From Octopus sinensis (Eukaryota): 64,000 nt of DNA. The stretch covers positions 35,402,001-35,466,000 of the forward strand of contig NC_042998.1 of the NCBI RefSeq assembly GCF_006345805.1, given 5' to 3'. The notes beneath the pieces were generated by a model. It made no database searches, was not told where the DNA came from, and saw nothing but the letters and a program-made list of their open reading frames with translations. This document shows positions 24,971 through 35,816 of the stretch, in pieces. A program made the position numbers and the translations under genes. The stretch's first letter is position 1. The number at the start of each line of letters is the position of its first letter.

Positions 24971-26300
24971 ACTATCCAACAAGAAATCTAAGAGAATGCG
25001 ACAAAGCAACAGCTCGTTATCCCCCACCTCCTCAAAAAAAGAAAAGGAGCTCCTAGAATGCTTCCATCAATAGAAACGATGCTAGATAAAGGGTGTGGCT
25101 TCGAAATATATCAAATACCGAATTGGTATGTGATGTAGTGTTCTTATGATAGCACCGACCCGGGTAATTTTTGATCAGACCTCGTACTTTGCAGCCTAAA
25201 GAAGGACAATGGAACGGTAGAGTTGGAAGCAAAACAAGAATTAAAAAAGAAACGGATCTTTTTCTCATACGATTTTGAGTAACAGCTTAATTAATGAGCG
25301 AGCTCGTTAACTCAGCGTATGTTTTTTCTGGTTTTTTTTTTGTGTGTGTGGTTCTTTAATAAGCATTTCTTTTACTTTAACCCTTGGCTATAAATCAGTA
25401 GTCAGTGACACACCCGGAACTGAATCACCCGCTTTGCATAAGATATATTTTTTATCGCATGAAGCTTCATGGATAATCTATGTTGATCTCTTGTTATCAT
25501 TATTCCTGTTGTTACTCTTGTTCTTCAGCTTTGGATCAACCTGATCGAGTAGACTTGTGAGCAAAGACATTCCTATCCTAATCCCCTAATCCCTTAATCT
25601 TTTCTTAAAATTCTCTACACATCATTTCGTGTGGTTTTTCTCTTTTTAAAATGGTTGGGTTTAAATCAAAGGAAATTAGGCTGCTATTTCGAATAGGTCA
25701 CTGGCTAAGTTGCGTCGGATCGACTGCATCGTTAATTACAGATTAACGAGGGACCCCGTTGGCTTCTAATTAGTATTTTTTTTTTTTGTTATATAAAATG
25801 TACAAAGAATTTCGGTTTTTTTTTTTTCCTGTCGATTAGACCCAAAGTCAAGTTTTAGTTCGTAAACAGTTGGTGGAATAAAATAGTCTTTTTCCTTGTA
25901 TTCTTCGGAGAAACAAAATGCAAATTTCTCGCCGGAGGTTATAAGAACAAGAAATATGATGCACAGTAAATCATCTCGAATGGAAAGTTACCAAAACACG
26001 GCCTCGCATATAATGAATAGTATCGCTGCATATCATTTTGTACATTTATTAATAATTCTTGTCGCAGATACAGTTCCATCAATCGTACCATAACTCGTAA
26101 TATTTCTTCTTGCAAACATCTTTCATTTTTAACTTGCTGCAGTCATGTGACTACAGCCTTGAAGGGTTTACACGGACAAATCAAACCCAGTGGCCTTTTT
26201 AAAAGCCCGCTAATTTATCTATCGGTTTTCTTTTATCCCGCTGCTAAGTTACGAGAAGGTAAACGAGCTACTAACATGGGTTGTCAAGCGCTCGAGGAAT

Positions 26301-26358
<58 letters not shown>

Positions 26359-26384
26359 ACATATACACACACCTACATACATAG

Positions 26385-26439
<55 letters not shown>

Positions 26440-26454
26440 ATATATATACTCTTT

Positions 26455-26652
26455 TATTCTTTTACTTGTTTCAGTCATTTGACTGCAGTCATGCTGTAGC
26501 AACGCCTTTAGTCGAACAAATCGACCCCAGGACTTATACTTTGTAAGCCTAATATCGGTTTCTTTTTGCCGAACCGCTAAGTGACGCGGACGTAAACACA
26601 CCAACATCGGTTGTCAAGCGATGGTGGAGGGACAAACAGACACAAATAACAA

Positions 26653-26704
<52 letters not shown>

Positions 26705-26859
26705 GACGGGCTTCTTTCAGTTTCCGTCTACCAAAACCACTTTGGTCGGACCGAGGGTATAGTAGAAGACACTTGCCCAAGGTGCCACGCGAAGTGGGAC
26801 TGAATCCAGAACCATGTGGTTGGGAAGCAAGCTTCTTACCACACAGCCACTCCTACGCC
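26455..26859 (-). mobile_element. SINE family A with internal (TA)n
   Basis: Complete head, core, microsatellite and tail. Confidence 0.85.
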
Positions 26860-26860
26860 T

Positions 26861-27086
26861 GGCGAGCTGGCAGACACGTTAGCGCGCCGGGCGAAATGCT
26901 CAGCGGTATTTCGTCTGTCGTTACGTTCTGAGTTCAAATTCCGCCGAGGTCGACTTTGCCTTTCATCCTTTCGGGGTCGATAAATAAAGTACCAGTTTCG
27001 CACTGGGGTCGATGTAATCGACTTAATCCCTTTGTCTGTCCTTGTTTATCCCCTATATGTTTAGCCCCTTGTGGGCAATAAAGAAA
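26861..27086 (+). mobile_element. SINE family B
   Basis: Complete copy ending ttagccccttgtgggcaataaagaaata, followed by (TA)n. Confidence 0.85.
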
Positions 27087-27543
27087 TATATATATATATA
27101 TATATATATATGTTTAAGTAGTTGAATGAATTATCCTAGTATGGATAATTCGGTTAACCGATACCCGGGTAGCAAATTTACGTCAGAAAGCACGGTTGAA
27201 GCTACATGCCAAGGGCAGAAATCACGTGCTTTCGTGTGGAAATTTGATATGCCACGATGACGAGCTTCCACACAGTTTCTGTCTACCAAATTTACTGACA
27301 AGGCATTGGGCGCTGCGCAATTATAGAAAAATAGACTTTCACAAAGTACCGCACAGTGAGACTGAACGCAAAGCCAGGTGGTTGCAAAACAAACTTCTTT
27401 ACTACACAGCCAAGCCTACGCCTGCGTGTCTATTAAGTGAAAACATAAACGTTTTAATAGTTATTCTTTACCTTTTATTTTAATTATCACTTATACAGTT
27501 CTCAGTGTAAAATATTCTCTACGAACAATTATTACATTTTCAG

Positions 27544-28030
27544 GTATACAACGAAACACACCGCCCTTCAAGTGGAACAAAAAATGAACGTCATAAAAAA
27601 CTCCTTTTCCGATTTACAAGCAGAACTTGAGCAAGTCAGAGAGAAAATGAGACTAGAGAATAGTGCCACGAAAACCATTACAGTATTCTTGAGAAAATCG
27701 CAGAGTAAACATGAAGAAATGCTGGAATATTGGATGGATCGATATGAACAAGATGTTGAAGTAATTACGAAAAAACTAGAACAACTGAAGCACTCTCGGA
27801 GTCAAACTTGGGAACAAGCACTGAATATGCTACGAAATTATAACCAATATGAGACTATTGTAAACGATTACAAGCGACAAGAGGAGGAAGAAAATGTGAA
27901 TAAAGACTACGAATTTAATATGCTTCAATCTGCCATACAGATTCAGTCATGGTGGCGAGTAATAATGGTTATGAAGCGACTTGGGCCTTTCAGGAAGAGA
28001 AGAGACAAGAAGAAGAAAAGTTCAAAGTAA
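27544..28030 (+). CDS. IQCG: IQCG/DRC9 coding exon 3 (terminal, IQ motif)
   Basis: Acceptor attacattttcAG|, with AG+G=Arg keeping frame. ASRYTTKHTALQVEQ, FLRKSQSKHEEMLEYWMDRYEQD and IQIQSWWRVIMVMKRLGPFR match recalled IQCG [38 protein letters not shown] and KLQAWWRGTMIRREIGGFK. The three exons total 1191 nt (396 aa plus stop). Confidence 0.95.
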
Positions 28031-28330
28031 ATTGTTGCTGGGAAAACTTTTTCAACACAATGTTTGTGTATTTAATACATTGAAGGATTTTACTTTACTC
28101 ATTATCAGAAACAGTAAGTTAATTATCTTGAAATTAATTAGATAAAAGAAGAAGAAAGTTGTGTTGACACCTCTTGCAAGCCGGAACGTATATATACTTT
28201 TATATATACACCTCTTGCAAGCCGGAACGCTCTATATACTTTTGATAAAAAGTACCTTTTCATTGATGAAATCTACGGACATATTCACGTGTATTGTTTA
28301 TAAATGTATATAGCTTTTACTTTAGTTCCA

Positions 28331-28336
28331 AATAAA
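28331..28336 (+). promoter_or_regulatory. Candidate polyadenylation signal for IQCG
   Basis: AATAAA about 300 nt after the stop codon; no transcript support. Confidence 0.35.
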
Positions 28337-28490
28337 GGTTTTCAAGTTCTACATGACCATATGTGCGAGGACGAAATTTGCTTTAGGGGTTTCAAACCCA
28401 GGTCCAAATTTTTTACAAACGAGGTCGATCTTTTTTCAGTCTTAATATCAAAACCAACACAGGTATTATGATCATTATTATTATTATCAT

Positions 28491-29048
28491 TGAGTGAGAG
28501 AGCAGTGCATGCCAGCAAAGTGACACTGGGGTAAAATATACAAAGCCCAGTATACCCATCATGACTACCCGTCTGATAAGGGTACACTAGGCACGTGCAT
28601 CACAACCATATGTGCGCGACATGGTGATCTCATATCAAGATAAACAGCACATGACCTTGTAGGTGGGGCCCAGTTAGAATTTTCTTCTGGGCGAGTAGCC
28701 CATCCCGCTCAAAAGGTCCCTGAATAAGGGTTGTTTAAGGATGTTGAACGAAACACCCATGTTTCCAGAGGTGACTTATTCAAACCCCAACAAATCCCTC
28801 TCAGCACATGGCTATGATGCTTTCCCACTACTTCTGCTTGTGATCAGAGATGCACATATCGTCAGCCATCAAGGGACATGCTCAACTGGTTAAGGTCAAA
28901 CAACTGACAAGCAAATCGGTGGTATTGAGCAGAATATTTGCTGTAGCCCATCTTTTATACCAAGACAAAACAATGTACATGATAACACTTCCAATCAGTT
29001 AAGATCAGAAACCACGATAGCCACTGTCTGGTACTGCATCAGGGCATT
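28491..29048 (-). mobile_element. About 560-bp non-coding interspersed element in an (ATT)n tract (family D)
   Basis: Highly similar second copy at 58111-58673; both are flanked on each side by ATT/AGT triplet tracts. Strand inferred from the (AAT)n tail. Confidence 0.85.
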
Positions 29049-29067
29049 TTATTATTATTATTATTAT

Positions 29068-29105
<38 letters not shown>

Positions 29106-29604
29106 CATCAATAATATCAGATAAATCCAATAATGGGCAAACCAAACCAAAAGTATTTTTATGCTCGTTTGCTTTGATGATTGCTTTGAAAGTTCTTTTT
29201 AGAAGATGTTCAAAGCGTTTTTTTCTTTTTTTCGCTCCACCAAAATTTTAGTGGATGCGCTTTCTATCATTAATAACCAGAGAATATACTTTTCTACTAT
29301 AGGCACAAGGCCCGAAATTGGGGAGTGGGGGTCAGTCGATTAGATCGACCCCAATACGCAACTGGTACTTAATTTATCGACCCCGAAAGGATGAAAGGTA
29401 AAGTCGACCTCTGCGGAATTTGAACTCAAAACGTAAAGACAGAATAATCAGAGAATATTAAAAGAGGGGTGTTTCATTTGCTAACGCATGTCCACTCATC
29501 TTCAAAACTAACCGATTAGTGTATAAACTCGTTCACTTCTATAATGTTCTAAAACCTAGAAGTAGCGCTTAATTTACTTCGTTTTTTATTCCGTTTGCAA
29601 CAAA

Positions 29605-29905
29605 TCTTGTTTTGCTTTGAGAGGGTCATTATGCCAATAATAATAAACACACGCACTGATTCAATATCACTTCTTTATAATTTAGACAATTGGTTAAATA
29701 TCTAACCCAGAAACTGACTAACCGATCGTTTGTTTTATGTGCTGGTTTAACAATCAATCAGTTGTTTAACCAACTCATTAAGTGAACGATCGATTAGTTA
29801 GTTGGTTAGATATTTAACTGATTGACTAACAATAAAGAAGTGATGTTGAACCAGTGCATGTATTTATTATTAGCAGCCTAATGACCCTCCCAAGACAAAA
29901 CTAGA
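29605..29905. mobile_element. About 300-bp foldback MITE
   Basis: TIRs tcttgttttgctttgagagggtcatta / taatgaccctcccaagacaaaactaga, with inverted symmetry extending far inside. Confidence 0.8.
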
Positions 29906-30559
29906 AGTTGAGTTTGTAAGATTAGGAATATAGAGATTGTTTGTTTATCTACTTTATCTGACAGAAATGTGCAATCAATTGGGACCCAGGTATCTCTTAT
30001 GTCTGAGAAAAATGGAGAACAAAAAAACGCTGTAGGAAGAAGTGAACGACGTAAGTTCTGAATGATTTCAGTCTGATAATGATTTTATTACAACCATCCC
30101 CACCAGTCCAGTCTTTTCCCGTCTCTTATAGTGGCTTGTCTGGTAGAGGGAGCTGTGCCCATGCTTTTGGCAGACCATCCTATTTCTTTACTACCCACAA
30201 GGGGCTAAACACAGAGAGGACAAACAAGGACAGACAAACGGATTAAGTCGATTATATCGACCCCAGTGCGTAACTGGTACTTAATTTATCGACCCCGAAA
30301 GGATGAAAGGCAAAGTCGACCTCGGCGGAATTTGAACTCAGAACCAAGAGAACCAGAGATATCTCTGAAGAGGAGGAGAAATAATGTCACATGTGCGTTA
30401 TCAAAATAAAAAAAATATATAATACAATTGAGAGATTTGGGGGCAAATATTATCTTCTTTTCAATAAAAAATCTCAAGATTTCCTGTTTTCAAAGGAAAT
30501 GGTTAAAATGAACTCCTTCTGCAACTAAACAGGCATACATTATTTTTGGTACCGATCGA

Positions 30560-31050
30560 TCATTTTAAGAGCATAAATCAGTTGTCATGTTGACAAACTT
30601 ATCAATGAATTCAGCTTGTAATTCCGAGCTCTTGATGAGATTGCGTGGGCAGACTTTGTTCTCAAGATATTACCACTCTTAGAAATTAGGAGCCAGAAGA
30701 TCGTTGAAGGCGTCAGAAATTGCTTGGCAGCATTAAGTCTTGTTTAACCCACGTTCTTACGATGCTGACAAAAGGAGGTGGTACGCCCATCCTGCTAAAT
30801 ACTGTATGAACCACTGTCAGTCAATGTTTGGGAAAACACGTTAGATATTATCAACATTACATGAGCAGTCAAAAGTGAAAAGATCAATTACACTGTAACT
30901 GTGAATCGAAGCTCAAACCACAACATTAGTTCCAGTTTTAGGATGATCGACAGTCACCCCGTTCAATTTCGGAGTATGAGCGTTTGAAGGAAAGGATTTT
31001 TTTTTTAAGAAAAGGATTTAAAATGAAAGCTGCATCTATTTGCGATGGAT
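30560..31050 (-). mobile_element. Highly degenerate Tc1/mariner transposase remnant
   Basis: Minus strand has HPKTG..VV, a (Q)QDG-like motif (tagcaggatggg) and YLENKV, in the order expected for a DDE domain. Many stops and frameshifts. Confidence 0.45.
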
Positions 31051-31775
31051 GAGTGAATGTAATTTGTGTCCCGGAATGGACTTTGCTATGAAGTCACAAT
31101 GGGGGACATTGAGGATTTTGATTTTGCCTGACATTGGACAAATGTGTCTGCTAATTTCAGGATCTAATTCTTTTATTGCTGTTTCTTCAACTCTAATTGT
31201 TTTGATGCATCATGACACATTCTATGCATTCAGATCGATGGAGGCAATAACTTTAAGCTGTAAGGAGTTTAGTGATTGTTTCAATTTATCCTTTGCGTAT
31301 TTGTATCAATTGATGACACCATCTACATGAAATGTTATGTCAGCTGCCCAAAAGATATGCCATCAATCAGATAAGGATATGCATGAAAGAAAACTAAAAG
31401 ATTTTTTTCTTACAAACTCAAACTCTAACTCGTCAATTAAAAGTCGTATTCCCTCAATGTTTGTATGGATCTAGGATTCCAATGACCTAAATTAAAATCC
31501 TTCCACATAAGAGATGCAATCAGGTTTGCATAAGATATATATTGTCTTTTATCTTCTGCTTGTTCCGGTCATTAGACTGTGGCCATGCTGGGGCACAGCC
31601 TTGAAGAATTACTTGTTATGTTTTTAAGCCTAGTAACTTATTCTATCAGTTTCTTTTGCTGAACCGCTAACTTACAGGGTTGTAAACACACCCACACCGG
31701 TTGTCAGGTGGTGTTGGGGAAAGCGTAGATACAAAGACACGCACATACACACAGATATATGTATGTATGTGTGCG

Positions 31776-31812
<37 letters not shown>

Positions 31813-31857
31813 GTATGTATGTATGTATGTGACACGCACATACACACAGATATATAT

Positions 31858-31903
<46 letters not shown>

Positions 31904-33018
31904 GTATGTATGTATGTATGTATGATGTATGTGACACGCACATACACACAGATATATATATACGTATGTGTGCCTATATATATATATATTATATATATAT
32001 ATATGCATGTATGTATAAACGTAATTAAAGGATGAAATTAAAATTAATGACTTTTAATATGTTTGTATGTGTGTGTGTATACGACAGGCTTCTTTCAGTT
32101 TCCGTCTACCAAATACACCCACAAGGCTTTGGTTGGCCGAGGTTATAGTAGAAAACACTTGCCCAAAGCAGCACGGAATGGGACTGAACCCGGAAACATG
32201 TGGTTGGAAAGCAAACGTCTTTCACACAACCATGCCACGCCTGTGGTTCATAATTTTGACTGGTATTCTGAACAATGCCTTCTGTCTGACTCGAATGACA
32301 CTGAGTGATCAAAACGAGGAACATCGGTTTGTGAATGTGAACTCTGTCCCTTGCTAAACAGCATAGCACTCGTACTTCTGGTTGGTGAATCGTTGAATTG
32401 AAATTACAGTCTACACAGACGTGATGACGTATACTTCTGAAGTTAAAATGTGTCCATATAAACTTCATTGACTGATATGACTTACGACCTCTCGTCGTCA
32501 CTGTTATATCTGAACTGTTATATACGACGGGCTTCTTTCAGTTTCCGTCTACCAAATCCACTCACAAGGCTTTGATCGGCCCGAGGCTATAGTAGAAGAT
32601 ACTTGCCCAAGGTGCTACGCAGTGGGACTGAACCCTGAACCATGTGGCTGGGAAGCAAGCTTCTTACCACACAGCCACACCTGAGCCTATATTTACGAAA
32701 TTCAAGATCACCTATCAGACACTGAGGATAGACATCTTGATATGATGTGCCATTTCTCCCCTCCGCTTTGTGATGGCCATATTGTTCGTATTGAGAGATG
32801 AAACAAATTACTTACAAAGGATGAAGATCAGATGAAACCTGTTACTGTCATCTCTGCTTACTTTTGTGGATGACATCCCTACCGTACGAGGAACAAGAAA
32901 ACGACCATCTCTCACCCAGTCAATGTTGAGTGTACACTGGACCTAAAATGTGTCACAAACTGTACATAATACGGAATCAAGTTAAGGAATTCCCCTCTGA
33001 AATTAGAGGCGAATTGAT

Positions 33019-33172
33019 GCCAAAGACCAAGGAGCAGAGAACTGACACCAAAGACCAAGGAGCAGAGAACTGACGCCAAATACCAAGGAGCAAAGAACTG
33101 ACGCCAAAGACCAAGGAGCAGAGAACTGACGCCAAAGACCAAGGAGCAGAGAACTGACGCCAAAGACCAAGG
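33019..33172. repeat. 28-bp minisatellite, 5.5 copies
   Basis: Head-to-tail unit gccaaagaccaaggagcagagaactgac with no spacers. Confidence 0.97.
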
Positions 33173-33613
33173 GCCTAAAAGATGAAGAACTTAGAGAATC
33201 GTACAAAGCATCAAAGAATGATAGTGTTTGGTGAGTAAAAGTGTAACGCCGTTGTTTTGGAGTGTGTTCCATAATATTTTACTTGGTTGGGACTTGGGGA
33301 AAATAGGAGAACAGTGATAATTGGCGCGGTGATGGATCCGGTGGAGAAAAACGTGTGTGCTTGCGTGTATGTCTGTGTGTATGCTGTGTGTGTGTTTGTG
33401 TGTGTGTGTGTGTTGTTTGTTAAACACATATACACAGATAACCAGAAATCAATAAAATAGATACCAAACGGAAATAAATATGGGAATTGATAGGATTCAC
33501 CAAAATCAATGGAATTGGTGAACCAGCATACGCAATTTAAAGAGTGAAACCGTTCAGGCAGGTAGGCATGATTGTATGTATATATATAAATGTATACAAG
33601 TATGCGTGTATGT

Positions 33614-33669
<56 letters not shown>

Positions 33670-34568
33670 ATTCATGCGTGTGTGTATACATTTTCATATA
33701 TGCATACAAACGGTGTGGTATGAACAATATGTATGTTATTAAATATGCATAATCTACACCGATATTATTGTATTGTTGGGGATATAGATTCTTTCAATTT
33801 CTATGTATTTTTATAAGTGTTCTTCGCGAGTTTTTTTTGTTTTTTTTTATATAATAAACACATTTACATCTGCATCATATTCAGTTTGTAAGTCTCTGTC
33901 TTGACTGAATTACCAACGCGATACGTTGATATGAGGCTTCACTTTGAAGGAGAAAAAAAACTCTTCTAATAACAACTGCTTTTGGCATAATTCATAGTAT
34001 TTCAACCAGAGAGACTACGCTTTCTCTCAGAAAATTCAATAAAACTTGTAATCGATTGAATTTTCTCATACTTCGTATGTATACGTGGCATGTGTTTTTT
34101 TTTTTAGGGGTTGCCGTAGACTCAGCGACTCCGAAATTTCAGAAAACGCCTGTTTTTTCTTATGTCTTTAGAAAGACAAAAAAACTAAAGACCGTAAATT
34201 TGTATCACTTCAAATGTATCGCCAACACCAGTGTAAAACAGATCAACATCCAATAATTCTCTTTTCTTATTTCCAGAGACAATGAGATCTAGCACAAAAT
34301 TGATTAATTCTTTCTAGTTTCTAGATTGTCGCTAATTTCGCCAGGCAACTTATATGAAAGTTTTATCCTCCATTTGAAAATTTTCGTTATTAAAACTACT
34401 GAATATGGCGTTAAATATTTTAGCTATGGATACAATGGAGCTACAAAATATGAAATCTCCAGGTAAATAAAATGATATTATAGACTAAAAAAACTCAATC
34501 TCTACTCTCTCGAACGCCGCCGTGAGCGCTACATCATTTGTGTGATGTGGAAAATAGTCCATCAATAT

Positions 34569-35169
34569 ACTTTTCTACTCGAGGCACAAGGCCCGAAATT
34601 TGGGGGGAGGGGGCCAGTCGATTAGATCGATCCCAGTACGTATCTGGTACTTAATTTATCGACTCCGAAAGGATGAAAGGCAAAGTCGACCGTGGCGGAA
34701 TTTGAACTCAGAACGTAAATATAGACGAAATACCTATTTCTTTACTACCCACAAGGGGCTAAACACAGAGGGGACAAACAAGGACAGACAAACAGATTAA
34801 GTCGATTATATCGACCCCAGTGCATAACTGGTACTTAATCTATCGACCCCGAAAGGCAAAGTCGACCTCGGCGGAATTTGAACTCAGAACGTAGCGGCAG
34901 ACGAAATACCGCTAAGCATTTCTGCCAGCTCGCCGCCTTAATATTCCGTCAATATTCTTTTCTACTCTAGGCACAAGGCCCGAAATTTTGGGAAGGGGAC
35001 CAGTCGATTAGATCAACCCCAGTACGCTACTGGTACTTAATTTTTCGACCCAGAAAGAATGAAAGGCAAAGTCGACCTCCGCGGAATTTGAACTCAGAAC
35101 ATGAAGACAGACGAAATACCGCTAAGCATTTCGCCCGGCGTGCTTACAATTCTGCCAGCTCACCGCCTT
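34569..35169 (-). mobile_element. Tandem cluster of family B SINEs
   Basis: Three B-box/core repeats; a 16-mer recurs at 34553, 34940 and 35170. Confidence 0.85.
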
Positions 35170-35528
35170 AATATTCCATCAATATTGCACAAATGATGTT
35201 GGCATCAATTTTAAAATCCACCCAAGACTTGACCCCATGCTATCTGCCCACTACAAAAATCGAACTCAAGACACATAACAACATTACGACACAACTACTT
35301 TACCTCAACCGCTCCAGCTCTATTTAATGTTATATCAAAATACATCAAAACGGAAACAGATCCCATAAAATTCAACCAGATGTGTCTCCAACAATGATAA
35401 CCCTTTGCTAGGCTGGGCCATGGTGCCCAATATATGACTAAAAGACTTCACCATGTAGTGCTGTTAAGTTAGACATGCCCTGGACCTATACTGGCCGAAA
35501 CCTATCTAAGCTATCTGAGTTGTATCTA

Positions 35529-35816
35529 ATTTGAGTAGAATGCATCAAGGATAATCACCTTCTAAGTTCCATGTTAAGACTTTATTCATGCCGCTTGTCT
35601 GGTTGAATAATGTTTTTATGCCTATGAAACCCCAAGTAATGGCAACATAAGTCACCAACAGTCCACCTACAAAATAAAGTCTACAAAGTGTATTGGTTGC
35701 TTTATTCTTTCGTATGTACACATTTGTTTTCGAGATCCAATTCTTTTTGTCTCTATGCATAAACTGAGAACGAGCTATTAAAAATGAAGAAGCATCTCTT
35801 CCATATAGCTAACACC
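35529..35816. repeat. 288-bp dispersed repeat, copy 1 (copy 2 at 44021-44308)
   Basis: Both copies are 288 bp, run atttgagtag...ctaacacc, and differ at about 13 positions by manual comparison. Confidence 0.92.

Noticed and set aside
33019-33172. CRISPR-like 28-bp repeats
   Set aside because: Units are contiguous with no unique spacers, the context is eukaryotic, and there are no cas genes.
35465-35510. ggccgaaacc motif suggesting another ribozyme
   Set aside because: No CUGANGA core upstream.
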